Shown here: one piece after another, positions 10,320 to 19,828 of the stretch
Numbering within the stretch: position 1 is the stretch's first letter
Layout of the letters: each line of letters begins with the position of its first letter
Origin: Minisyncoccota bacterium
GTDB taxonomy: Bacteria; Patescibacteriota; Microgenomatia; UBA1400; PJMF01
NCBI GenBank assembly: GCA_003173865.1
Contig: PJMF01000009.1
Coordinates: 1-61,620, forward strand
DNA length: 61,620 nucleotides
Reading direction: 5' to 3'
Notes under the pieces: generated by a model
What the model was told of the DNA's origin: nothing
Seen by the model: the letters and a program-made list of their open reading frames with translations, nothing else
Databases searched by the model: none
Program-made: the position numbers and the translations under genes

Positions 10320-10846
10320 TTATCTTTCATCTTTTAATACCTCTTCTTTACAGCTTATTTTTTTGGCCTATTTTTCGCGACCCAGTCCTTCTCACTGAGT
10401 TCACGATTGGTGTGTATATCGGTTTCCTCATTTTCTTTTTGGATCGTTTTTTACATGTTTTTTTCCTTGAACCAGAAGCAGAGCTGAGTAAAATAGTCCG
10501 TGAGCTTTGGCGAAATAAACAAGTGACAAAAGTAGTCAAAGCGGTGGTGATCGGCAGAAATTTACAAGAACGTTTAATTACGCGGTCTGTCTTTTTTTTG
10601 ATTGCGTATGTTGCCACAGCGATTTTTATATTAACTTCAACAGGGAGTGTCTTAGGAATGGGAGTAGTGCTTGGAATTGGTTTACATTATTGTTTTGATC
10701 TAATTCGTTACAGCCGAAACGCTGAACTTTTTCGCAAACACTTTTTTTGGCAGCTTAAAAAAGGATTGGCAGACAGGGAAATTTTAGCTGTAGTAACTGC
10801 TTTTTGTATCTTTTTTATTATTTTGTCTTTGTTAGTACTGAGGTAA
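10316..10846 (+). CDS. hypothetical multi-pass membrane protein
   Basis: 4-5 hydrophobic segments; coupled to neighbours. Confidence 0.7.
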   Translation: MIIFHLLIPLLYSLFFWPIFRDPVLLTEFTIGVYIGFLIFFLDRFLHVFFLEPEAELSKIVRELWRNKQVTKVVKAVVIGRNLQERLITRSVFFLIAYVATAIFILTSTGSVLGMGVVLGIGLHYCFDLIRYSRNAELFRKHFFWQLKKGLADREILAVVTAFCIFFIILSLLVLR

Positions 10847-10857
10847 AAAGGATACTC

Positions 10858-11643
10858 ATGTTTCAAGTTGGTCCGTTCACCTTTCATCTTTATGGGTTGT
10901 GCATTGGGGCGGCGATTTGGGTGAGTTTATGGTTGATTGAGGCGCGCGCGCAGCGCGCGCATATTCACTTTGCTGAGTTATGGCCGCTGATCATTTGGAT
11001 GTTTATTGGTGCTGTTGCCGGAGCTCGAATTCATCATTTAATTACTGACTTTTCACTTTACCAAGATCGTTGGATCGATATGTTAAAGATTTGGCAGGGG
11101 GGTCTGAGTATCATAGGTGCTGTAATTGGTGCCGGTATTTTTGCTCTCGTGTGGTTAAAACTTCATCCACACTTTAAAATTTCCTTTTGGACAATTGCAG
11201 ATTTATCAGTATTTGGTTTGCCATTTGGACAAGCCTTAGGAAGATTAGGAAATTTCTTCAATCAAGAACTCTACGGCTTGCCAACTCAATTACCGTGGGG
11301 AATATATATTGATCCGACGCATCGCGTTGCGCCGTATTTACACGCGCAGTTTTTTCATCCACTTTTTGCGTATGAAATGATCTTCACTGTAACTTTTGGA
11401 ATTGCGTTATGGACCTACGATCGTTACATCGGATCAAAAAAAACCATGCTTGGAACTGGGCAATATTTTTTACTGTATGCATTTTACTACTCATTCATTA
11501 GGTTTTTACTTGATTTTATTCGAATTGATAAATCAATGTTTTTTTACACTGGTTTAGGAAAAAATCAAGTTTTTCTTTTGATTGTTATGGTCATTTTGGT
11601 TACATTTTTGATAAAGAAAAAAGCACAATGCACAACTACTTAA
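10858..11643 (+). CDS. lgt: prolipoprotein diacylglyceryl transferase
   Basis: HLYG, GARIHH, IWQGGLSIIG, GQALGRLGNFFNQELYG, HPLFAYE, RFLLDFIR. Confidence 0.93.
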   Translation: MFQVGPFTFHLYGLCIGAAIWVSLWLIEARAQRAHIHFAELWPLIIWMFIGAVAGARIHHLITDFSLYQDRWIDMLKIWQGGLSIIGAVIGAGIFALVWLKLHPHFKISFWTIADLSVFGLPFGQALGRLGNFFNQELYGLPTQLPWGIYIDPTHRVAPYLHAQFFHPLFAYEMIFTVTFGIALWTYDRYIGSKKTMLGTGQYFLLYAFYYSFIRFLLDFIRIDKSMFFYTGLGKNQVFLLIVMVILVTFLIKKKAQCTTT

Positions 11644-12110
11644 AAACTGTTTTGGTATTTTCTTTCTGTTCCGTATTTCTAAGTGGTTGTATTAGTCAAC
11701 ATATAAATGGCATACAAACGACCGAGTTTCATGATCACCAAAAAGTTACTGCGAAGCTGCATGATCAAACTTTAACGCTCGAAGTAGTGAATACTCCACA
11801 GAGTATGGCTCAGGGTTTAAGTAATCGCACTGAGATTGGGTGTGATGGGATGTTGTTTCTACTTGGAAATCACGGTACGCCACGTTTTTGGATGAGAGAG
11901 ATGTTGTTTGATTTAGATTTTATTTGGCTAAAAGATGACACAGTCACGGATATTACACTTGATGCAAAAAAACCAGTTTCTTTTCAAGATCCGTTGCAAA
12001 TTTATTCGCCAACTGCTCCAGCCAACATGGTGTTAGAAGTAAATGCAGGGAAAGTTGCTGAGTGGAGAGTTCAAAAAGGAGATGTGCTCACGTTTACTTC
12101 TGAGCATTGA
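11628..12110 (+). CDS. DUF192-family lipoprotein
   Basis: Lipobox LSGC; QGLSNR, GMLF, FWMREMLFDLDFIWL, VLEVNAG. Confidence 0.85.
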   Translation: MHNYLKTVLVFSFCSVFLSGCISQHINGIQTTEFHDHQKVTAKLHDQTLTLEVVNTPQSMAQGLSNRTEIGCDGMLFLLGNHGTPRFWMREMLFDLDFIWLKDDTVTDITLDAKKPVSFQDPLQIYSPTAPANMVLEVNAGKVAEWRVQKGDVLTFTSEH

Positions 12111-12978
12111 CCGGTGCATACAAACTTACTGGACTTGGACTGACTAGAGGTTTACGTTTGATGTTGTGAGGGAGTAAAGCTGCTACAGCAACCATAATCA
12201 ATGCTCCGGTGAAGAGCCACCCAAAAACCCAGCCAAAAATACTAATAATCACAGGTCCAGTTATCTCTTGAGATTTTGGTGAGGGCGTTATATTCAGTAA
12301 GCGCTCAAAAATAAGACCTCTCATGGTGACAAAAAAGCTCCCAAACACACTACCAATTAAAAATAAAATTAATGACTTAGCAAGTTGTACATTAAAGTCG
12401 AGATTTATATTTGGTAGTTTATTCGTGACGATGATAATAAAAAGGAAGTAGAGGAAATAAGGAATGTATGTCGCTGTAAAAACTTTCCATTCGTGATCAC
12501 TGACGAGCGTTTTACTTGCGCCAAAGTGAAACTGTTTTTTATCTTTTAAGTAAATTCGCAACCAACCAAAGTATCCGAACCAGATAGAAAAGATTATCCC
12601 GGGAACAAAAAATAATAAAAATCCGCCCACGATAAGTAAGAAAAAGCACACTTGTTCAACGACGAATCTTCCTAGCAGAGCATACGCTTCTTGATAGAGT
12701 TTGGGGTAAGAAATGCGTTTGTTTCGGTCTCGAAAGATCAATGCGTACAGTAAAGCGTGGAGTCCTCCGAAAAGAATAGCGTAAGGGAGTATGATAAGTG
12801 TTCCGAGCAAGTGATATTCTTTAGCTGTAGGAAAAATCCGGAAGAAAAATATGTAGGCTACTTGGATAATCAAAATCGGCGCTAAAAAATAAATATACTT
12901 GGGGAGAACTTTTACCCAAGTTTGATAAGTGAGTCCGTATAGCTCACTCAAGCTAAAGAATTTTGATTTAGTTTTCAT
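12094..12978 (-). CDS. hypothetical integral membrane protein
   Basis: 6-7 TM segments; GGFLLFFVPGIIFSIWF pattern. Confidence 0.7.
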   Translation of the reverse strand: MKTKSKFFSLSELYGLTYQTWVKVLPKYIYFLAPILIIQVAYIFFFRIFPTAKEYHLLGTLIILPYAILFGGLHALLYALIFRDRNKRISYPKLYQEAYALLGRFVVEQVCFFLLIVGGFLLFFVPGIIFSIWFGYFGWLRIYLKDKKQFHFGASKTLVSDHEWKVFTATYIPYFLYFLFIIIVTNKLPNINLDFNVQLAKSLILFLIGSVFGSFFVTMRGLIFERLLNITPSPKSQEITGPVIISIFGWVFGWLFTGALIMVAVAALLPHNIKRKPLVSPSPVSLYAPVNAQK

Positions 12979-13070
12979 GTTCTTGGCCTCTTTCCAGGCT
13001 AAGGGATTATATCATGATGAGTTGCTACAATGGATACGTGCTCCAAGATTAAACATGATAAGATTATTAC

Positions 13071-13709
13071 ATGTCTGATCCTGCTCAAGACGCACAGGTC
13101 GTACCAGCCGCAGCACCTGCAGTCGTACACTCAAATAAGCATGTGTTAAAAGTGTTGCGTCGCTCGATTGGGGGAAAACGTGCCAATGATGACACGGCTC
13201 TGCCCCAAATTGATCGTGCACAAATCAGATCTCTACTCGCTGAAAATACTGAACTGACCTCTCTAGCCTCATCTTTACCAACAGCAGTGCAGTCGATTCA
13301 AGACACTTCATATGTTCCTTCTGGTGGAGGAAGATCAGGCGCACCAAAAGAGACTCCTCAAGCAAATTTTTCAATTGAAAAAACACAAGTTGATGCGGTT
13401 CCTGGAGTGCAGTATATCGAAAACGAACCACAAGTGGAACTTTCTCCGGAAGTTGAGTCGTTTATTACAAGTATTGAAAATCACCAAGAGCAACTCCCAG
13501 CAGAAATTGTTATCGCGGATAAAACAGACATTCTTCCTGAACCGAAGTATGTCGCAACTCCCGTCATTATGTTACCCATTACTCCCGAACAAGAAAAAGA
13601 AGGCGAACGCAAAGATCCTACTTTCAGTTTGCGCTGGCTGATAGAATTTAGTCGTAAAATCATGAAAACTTTTGCGGGGAAAGTGATTTATCGTCATGTT
13701 ACCAGCTAA
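13071..13709 (+). CDS. hypothetical protein (disordered N-terminus, compact-looking C-terminus)
   Basis: 212-aa ORF overlapping the downstream ATPase; C-terminal LPIT..E.KEG....PTFSLRWL.E. Confidence 0.65.
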   Translation: MSDPAQDAQVVPAAAPAVVHSNKHVLKVLRRSIGGKRANDDTALPQIDRAQIRSLLAENTELTSLASSLPTAVQSIQDTSYVPSGGGRSGAPKETPQANFSIEKTQVDAVPGVQYIENEPQVELSPEVESFITSIENHQEQLPAEIVIADKTDILPEPKYVATPVIMLPITPEQEKEGERKDPTFSLRWLIEFSRKIMKTFAGKVIYRHVTS

Positions 13710-16065
13710 TATTGCTACTACACTTACTTCTACACCTAGTGTTGATGTGTTGCTAAATCAAGCAATTAGTATTGTATTTTCTTTGTTTTTTTTACTTCTC
13801 TTTTTGATTTTAGTAGCAGTTTTTTCCTACATGCTTTTTCAGTGGTTTAAGTATAAAGATCGTGAATCTTACGCACTGGACTTTGTGAGTTTACTGGTTC
13901 GTCTGCCCAAAGAAAATGAAATTAAGATTGATGCAGCGGAGCAAATGTTTGCCTCACTGTATTCTGTGAAACACGATGGCTGGTTCCATTGGCTCAAGCC
14001 AGAAGATCTTTTTTCTTTTGAGATTGTCGCGCTGAAAGAAGATCTGGCTTTTTACATTAACTGTCCGCGCAATATTCGCGACTTAGTAGAAAAACAAGTG
14101 CATGGAGCTTATCCGGGTGCAGATATTCGGGAAGCAGATGAAGTCAACATTTTTTCGGAAAAAGGGCGAGTGGCTTTTGCCGCATTGCGTTTAGAACATG
14201 CAAATTATTTTCCGCTCAAAAATTATAAAGAACTCCCGACTGATGGGCTCTCATTGATCACTTCGGCTATGTCAAAAATGGGTGACGGTGAAGGTGCCAT
14301 TTTACAAATTTTGATTCAACCGGAAAATCGAAAGTGGCAAAACAAAGGCTATTCTTACATGCAAAGTGAAAAGAAGCGCGAAGCCGATCCAGAAAAAGCC
14401 ACCTACAAGCACGATCCGAAAAAAATGGAGGGCATCGACAATAAAATCAATAAACCGGGATTTCGCGTTTCAATTAGAGTGGTGGTGTCATCCCCAAGTG
14501 CACAACTCGCACAATCACATCTCAATAACATTGTGGGCGCGTTTGCGCAGTTTAGTTCATCGCAAAATAACTTCACACGCACGATGTTATTTTTCAAACA
14601 TCTTTTCATGATTGATTTTATTTATCGTTACATGCCGATTATCAAGCGTGGTACGATGATTTTAAGTTCGGAAGAACTCGCGACGATTTTTCACTTCCCA
14701 AATAAAACTGTTGAGACGCACCACGTCCGCTGGCTCAACGCTAAAAGTGCACCTGCTCCATCAAGTATTCCGAATGAAGGGTTGCGCATTGGAAAATCAA
14801 TCTATCGTGGTCAAGAGCGCGAAATTTTTATGAGTTTAGAAGATCGGCGACGGCACATGTATATCATTGGAAAAACTGGTACCGGTAAATCTGAATTTCT
14901 TAAAGAAATGATCCTGCAAGATATCGAGGCTGGGCGGGGAGTCTGCGCAATTGATCCGCATGGCGAGTTTGTAGAGGATATTTTGCAGTTGATGCCACCT
15001 GAACGTGCCGAAGACGTCATTTACTTTAATCCCTCTGACCTTGATCGCCCCATGGGTATGAATATGATGGAAGCGGACACCGAAGAGCAGCAACACTTTG
15101 TGGTGAACTCAGTAATTAGCTTGATGTATAAGCTGTATGACCCGCATAAAACCGGTATTATTGGTCCTCGTTTTGAACACGCAATTCGCAACGCCATGTT
15201 AACGATTATGACGAAAAAAGGCGCGACGTTCATTGAAATGGTGCGCATTTTGACAGATCCAAAGTACGTTGATGAGTTGCTCCCATACGTGAAAGACCCG
15301 ATTGTAAAGCGCTACTGGACTGACCAAATTGCCCAAACCGCAGACTTCCATAAATCTGAAGTGTTGGACTACATTGTTTCGAAATTCGGTAAATTTATCA
15401 CTAATAAAACAATGCGTAACATTATTGGTCAATCTGAAAGTGCGTTTAACATGCGCAAGGTGATGGATGAAAAAAAGATTTTTTTGGCGAATTTATCAAA
15501 AGGTGTACTTGGAGAAGAAGATGCGAAGTTTTTAGGCTTGATCTTGGTGCCAAAGGTACTTACTGCGGCGATGAGTCGTCAAGATATTCCGATGGATCAA
15601 CGTCAGGATTTTTTCCTCTATGTTGACGAGTTTCAAAACTACGCGACAGAAGACTTTGCGGTTATTCTTTCGGAAGCTCGTAAGTATCGTTTAAATCTGA
15701 TTGTGGCGAACCAGTTTGTGAGTCAAATTGATGAGGATGTGAAGAATGCCGTGTTCGGTAACGTGGGTACGATGGTATCGTTTCGCGTTGGTGTGCCGGA
15801 TGCAAACTTTTTGCAACATGAGTTTTCACCGACGTTTAATGAGCATGACCTCACAAATATTGAAAAGTACCACGTTTATATTAAGACGATCGTCAAAAAT
15901 GAACCTGTGCCGCCATTTAGTATGTCGCTAGAAAAAGATATGGATGCAATTAAGGCGCGGATGAATCCGCGTTTAGCTGAGATGCTGCGCCAGTTATCGC
16001 GCCTGAAGTTCGGTCGCGATCGCGCGGATGTGGAAGCTGAAATGACAGTGAGAGCGAAGTTGTAG
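13696..16065 (+). CDS. membrane-anchored TraD/VirD4/HerA-like P-loop ATPase
   Basis: N-terminal TM; RHMYIIGKTGTGKS, IDPHG, LYVDEFQN, LSEARKYRLNLIVANQ, AVFGNVGT. Confidence 0.88.
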   Translation: MLPANIATTLTSTPSVDVLLNQAISIVFSLFFLLLFLILVAVFSYMLFQWFKYKDRESYALDFVSLLVRLPKENEIKIDAAEQMFASLYSVKHDGWFHWLKPEDLFSFEIVALKEDLAFYINCPRNIRDLVEKQVHGAYPGADIREADEVNIFSEKGRVAFAALRLEHANYFPLKNYKELPTDGLSLITSAMSKMGDGEGAILQILIQPENRKWQNKGYSYMQSEKKREADPEKATYKHDPKKMEGIDNKINKPGFRVSIRVVVSSPSAQLAQSHLNNIVGAFAQFSSSQNNFTRTMLFFKHLFMIDFIYRYMPIIKRGTMILSSEELATIFHFPNKTVETHHVRWLNAKSAPAPSSIPNEGLRIGKSIYRGQEREIFMSLEDRRRHMYIIGKTGTGKSEFLKEMILQDIEAGRGVCAIDPHGEFVEDILQLMPPERAEDVIYFNPSDLDRPMGMNMMEADTEEQQHFVVNSVISLMYKLYDPHKTGIIGPRFEHAIRNAMLTIMTKKGATFIEMVRILTDPKYVDELLPYVKDPIVKRYWTDQIAQTADFHKSEVLDYIVSKFGKFITNKTMRNIIGQSESAFNMRKVMDEKKIFLANLSKGVLGEEDAKFLGLILVPKVLTAAMSRQDIPMDQRQDFFLYVDEFQNYATEDFAVILSEARKYRLNLIVANQFVSQIDEDVKNAVFGNVGTMVSFRVGVPDANFLQHEFSPTFNEHDLTNIEKYHVYIKTIVKNEPVPPFSMSLEKDMDAIKARMNPRLAEMLRQLSRLKFGRDRADVEAEMTVRAKL

Positions 16066-16069
16066 TCCG

Positions 16070-16092
16070 AATGACGTGTACACGTCATTTTT
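16070..16092. terminator. perfect 20-bp palindrome between convergent genes, probable terminator
   Basis: AATGACGTGT|ACACGTCATT (16070-16089) followed by Ts. Confidence 0.6.
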
Positions 16093-16408
16093 AATGTTTT
16101 CCAAATCGCCCCTCATAATCCTTTACAACCTGCTGACAGTACATATAGCGGGCGGTTTCGACGGCTTTTTCTGGGAGCGAGATATTTCCGCTTTGTGTGC
16201 TCTCGGTTTGAGCCCCTAAGACTTGGGTGAATTTTTGTGCTTGCGGAAGTAACTGCGTTGCGGTTGCCAGACCCTGATTTGCCATTGGCTGCAGATTTTC
16301 TGCGTTTAGATTGGATGGAAGTGGCAGTGTATGACTTTTCCAAAGATACACACCAGCCGCAATGCCACCGACTACAAGTAACAAAAATAAAGATTTAATC
16401 AATTTCAT
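16091..16408 (-). CDS. small membrane-anchored hypothetical protein
   Basis: N-terminal TM; C-terminal ARYMYCQQVVKDYE. Confidence 0.65.
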   Translation of the reverse strand: MKLIKSLFLLLVVGGIAAGVYLWKSHTLPLPSNLNAENLQPMANQGLATATQLLPQAQKFTQVLGAQTESTQSGNISLPEKAVETARYMYCQQVVKDYEGRFGKH

Positions 16409-16437
16409 CCATCTAAGGATAGAGCAGAACAAAAAAA

Positions 16438-16704
16438 TTAGCAAACAATTTTTTTACGCACTGACTGCAAACGAATACGATTATATGTTTTGATTTCACC
16501 TGTTTTGTCATTGCGAATACTGACAGAAAAAGTGGTGGGGTCAATTTCGTCTGTCCATTCAAGCAATTTCTCGATCTGAAAAAATTCTTCCCAGAAAATT
16601 TGGTCGTCAGGATCATGAATATCGAAAAACTCGAGTTGATCTAAGTCATCAATTAAATCGAGCAACTCATCTATCTGGACTTTTTTGTTTGATGATTTAG
16701 ACAT
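16438..16704 (-). CDS. small acidic hypothetical protein
   Basis: 88 aa, D/E-rich; starts 7 nt after the tRNA 3' end. Confidence 0.55.
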   Translation of the reverse strand: MSKSSNKKVQIDELLDLIDDLDQLEFFDIHDPDDQIFWEEFFQIEKLLEWTDEIDPTTFSVSIRNDKTGEIKTYNRIRLQSVRKKIVC

Positions 16705-16711
16705 GGTGTTG

Positions 16712-16785
16712 TGCGCATACCAGGACTCGAACCTGGAACCCTCAAGGTATAAGCTTGATGCTCTAACCGATTGAGCTATACGCGC
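16712..16785 (-). tRNA. tRNA-Ile (anticodon UAU)
   Basis: GCGCGTA-TAGCTCAATCGGTTAGAGC-A-TCAAG-CT(TAT)AC-CTTGA-GGGTT-CCAGG-TTCGAGT-CCTGG-TATGCGC-A; complete cloverleaf, no encoded CCA. Confidence 0.93.
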
Positions 16786-16846
16786 TTATAAACTTATAAA
16801 AGCTTTATGCAAAGCATTATACAAGGGGAAATCCTATTTTCTACAT

Positions 16847-18508
16847 CTAGAGTAACATTAATCCAACTGCGGCGATCGTTAAGATGACTCCACCTGCACC
16901 CAGCATGATCACTGTATTTTGTGGGGCACCTGCAACGGGTAACTTCTTAGGAGCAACTGGTTGTGGTGCCGGTGTTGACTGTACTGGGGTCGCATAGCTA
17001 TACACGACTTGTGGAGTCGAACAGGTTTCACTGTTAACGTAGTCTTGTAAGCGGCAGCGGCGACCACTACTTGTATCTGCACAGATGTAGTTACTGTAGG
17101 CACAGTCAGAGTTGGTTACGCAACTGTAGTTGCAGCCGACCTTTGGAGAAGGTGGGACGTAGACGACTGGCAAACAATTATTCGCTGTCACGTTGCTATT
17201 CAAGCGGCAGTTGCCTTGGTAACAGACATAGCTGGAGCTGGCTGTTTGGCACTGTGCATCGGTACTACACGAGCTGTTGCACGTATAGGCATTTGGTAAT
17301 GGCGTACAGCTATCTGATTGACGATTACTGTCTAAGCGACACTTGTTGCCGTAATTGCTGGAGCAGACATAGCCAGCGTTGGCAGTTTGACATTGAGAGT
17401 CGGAAGTACAGTTGCTGTTACATGTATATGTGATCGTCGGTGTTGGAGTTGGCGTTGGTGTTGCTGTTGGTGAAGGAGTTGCAGTAGGTGACGGAGTCGG
17501 TGTTGGAGTTGGCGAACTCATCTGCACAGTTACTGGCACACTACAGTTGGCAGTTACGTTGTTACTACTTGCGACGGCAGTGTTAGTAATTGAAGTCGCA
17601 TTGGGTGTGGTAGCACTCACTTTGACGCGGAACGTAAAGTTACTTGTGGCTCCTGGGTTAATTGAAACGGCACCACAGTTGAGTGTTTTCGAAGCAGCGT
17701 CATAGGCATTTGCTCCACAAGTACTATCTAAGAACTGGAAGTAATCTAAGTTGCTGCCAGTTAACACATCTTTTGCCGTTACAGAAGCGACAGCTTGTCC
17801 ATTATTTTTTAAACTCACTTGAAAAACGATATTGTCACTTGGCATGAAACTTGATTGCTGCTGTGTCAGTGTGTAGTTACCAGCTGAGTTACTGAGTTCA
17901 TCGCGATATGAAGTTTTTTGACAGCTTAGGTTTGTTGGAGCTGTAACACTAAATGCTAAACTGCATGCTTTTGAGTTTGAAGTTGGACCTGAATATGGAG
18001 AAGATGGAGATGATGGGCAGAAGCCACCGGCCGGCTGAGCAATTTTGCACGGTGGATTACTATCGAGACACGCTGGACGAGGAATGCAAGAAGAAGGTGC
18101 AGAAGCAGGGGTGGTGGATGCTGGAGTCGATGGAGCATTACATTTCGCAGCAGTACAGTGGGCGAGATGACACTCCAGGCCCGCTAGACAATCTTGATTG
18201 GAGCGACAAACAGCATTACATCCAGGAACCTCATTTCCAACACTGGCCTGCTGGCGATTTTCTTGTGAGTTTTTAAGTTGAGAAAGAGTGAGTACTGCTG
18301 CAAATGCCACCACTAATAAAATTGCGGCAGCGGCGAACCACTTCAGATTATTATTTTTTTTCGATTTCGGCTGCAATGCAGATGTGGAAGTGGCAGCAGG
18401 ACTCGATGATTGGCTCGCTTCTTTTTTACTTTTGAGTTCTGCAATCATCTGTTCAAATGATGAATTGGGTTGAGTTGAAGATGGTGTAGTGGTGTTGACA
18501 GTGTTCAT
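16847..18508 (-). CDS. Cys-rich surface protein: N-terminal TM, DUF11/Ig-like domain, PT linker, three 6-Cys repeats, LPVAG+TM tail
   Basis: TM followed by QENRQQA; IVFQVSLKNNG..FTFRVKV..ITNTA; (PT)n; repeated CN..C....QC; KKLPVAG then a hydrophobic C-terminus. Confidence 0.8.
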   Translation of the reverse strand: MNTVNTTTPSSTQPNSSFEQMIAELKSKKEASQSSSPAATSTSALQPKSKKNNNLKWFAAAAILLVVAFAAVLTLSQLKNSQENRQQASVGNEVPGCNAVCRSNQDCLAGLECHLAHCTAAKCNAPSTPASTTPASAPSSCIPRPACLDSNPPCKIAQPAGGFCPSSPSSPYSGPTSNSKACSLAFSVTAPTNLSCQKTSYRDELSNSAGNYTLTQQQSSFMPSDNIVFQVSLKNNGQAVASVTAKDVLTGSNLDYFQFLDSTCGANAYDAASKTLNCGAVSINPGATSNFTFRVKVSATTPNATSITNTAVASSNNVTANCSVPVTVQMSSPTPTPTPSPTATPSPTATPTPTPTPTITYTCNSNCTSDSQCQTANAGYVCSSNYGNKCRLDSNRQSDSCTPLPNAYTCNSSCSTDAQCQTASSSYVCYQGNCRLNSNVTANNCLPVVYVPPSPKVGCNYSCVTNSDCAYSNYICADTSSGRRCRLQDYVNSETCSTPQVVYSYATPVQSTPAPQPVAPKKLPVAGAPQNTVIMLGAGGVILTIAAVGLMLL

Positions 18509-18511
18509 AGA

Positions 18512-19819
18512 TTATAGATTTTCGTATGGTTGACAGGTTGTCTCGCTGGCTCCAGTACAAATTCGACATTGTGCCGCAAATGCACCTGAAGTGTTAATTG
18601 TGTACGGACTCGAAACATTGCCATTTGCAGTTAAGCTTTGGAATGTTCCATCAGGCAACTTAACGCGGAACTCATAGTGATTTGCACCGGCAACAGTGCC
18701 ACAAGTAAAGGTGATTGAGTCGCCGAAACTAGGATTTGTTTTACTGGCGGTGATGTTGAGACACACTGGCGCAGGTGGCGTTTCACATGTAGATGAAGAG
18801 AGGTTATTCGCCAAGCGACATTTTTTGCTGCTACCACCTACATCAGTGCACACAAAGTTTTTGTCGTACGTTTGGCATTGATCAGTTCTTGTACAGTCGG
18901 TATTACAAACGTGAGGATAGGGAATCTGTTGTCCAGGTGGCGTGGAGTGAGATGGAGGGACTGATGAGTTCGATGTTGTACCGCCACCGCCGATGCTGGC
19001 AGTACTACTGCTGCCAGGTTGCGCACCACAAGAAAGACCGGGTTCGTAAACGCAATAGCCACCTGAACCACTACTACAGGCATAACAGTTCTTATTTCCT
19101 GAACAACCAATAAAATTTCCTGTAGCGCCACCACAAACAGAAGCATCTGAATTATTTGTAATAGCAGGAGATGTCACTCCATTTGTTGAAGCACAAGCAT
19201 GAGCATTACTAACAGTATCTGTTCCAGTTCCCGACGCATTACAGATTTGGCCTGTACCACCTAGTGGCCCCGAAGAACTACAACTTACAGCTTGACCTGG
19301 TTCACATACTTTTGCGCCAGTTGTCCCGTTCCAATTAATTTGAGAGCCTGATGCGGCACAAACAACACTCGCACAGTAATTCGCCGCGTTAGCGCTTGTA
19401 ACTGTTTCAGTAACAAGTTGTTTAATTGTGTTGCCACAAGCACAGGAAACAATGAAATTTACTTTATCTGGACAAGCATTTCCAGTTCCATCAGCATTGA
19501 TTCCACAACCACCCTGAATCAAATTTCCCGAACTATCAAAAGCGCAAACTTTTCCAGGTTCGCAAACAACTTTCCCATTTCCACTTGTATTAGTTGTCGG
19601 CTGAGTCGGTTGTACCACTTGCCCCTGTGGATTTGTCACAACATTATTAGAGCTGTTACAAGTATTACAACCATACGCTTGGCAGTAGTATCCACCATTA
19701 CACTGACAGGTATATTCATTTTTTTCAGCACTGCACGCCTTCACAATTGCTGGGTAAAAAATTGCGACACCAACCACACTCACAGTGAGTACGAGCAGGA
19801 TAGAAAAAATCTTTTTCAT
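18512..19819 (-). CDS. secreted Cys/Gly/Ser-rich protein with one 6-Cys module and a C-terminal Ig-like domain
   Basis: Signal peptide ending VKA; abundant Cys; CNTDCTRTDQCQ..CRLANN. Confidence 0.78.
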   Translation of the reverse strand: MKKIFSILLVLTVSVVGVAIFYPAIVKACSAEKNEYTCQCNGGYYCQAYGCNTCNSSNNVVTNPQGQVVQPTQPTTNTSGNGKVVCEPGKVCAFDSSGNLIQGGCGINADGTGNACPDKVNFIVSCACGNTIKQLVTETVTSANAANYCASVVCAASGSQINWNGTTGAKVCEPGQAVSCSSSGPLGGTGQICNASGTGTDTVSNAHACASTNGVTSPAITNNSDASVCGGATGNFIGCSGNKNCYACSSGSGGYCVYEPGLSCGAQPGSSSTASIGGGGTTSNSSVPPSHSTPPGQQIPYPHVCNTDCTRTDQCQTYDKNFVCTDVGGSSKKCRLANNLSSSTCETPPAPVCLNITASKTNPSFGDSITFTCGTVAGANHYEFRVKLPDGTFQSLTANGNVSSPYTINTSGAFAAQCRICTGASETTCQPYENL

Positions 19820-19828
19820 AAAAGGTTA

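Noticed and set aside
17435-17515. Short tandem-like DNA repeats (GTTGGAGTTGGC...)
   Set aside because: They simply encode a Pro-Thr linker.
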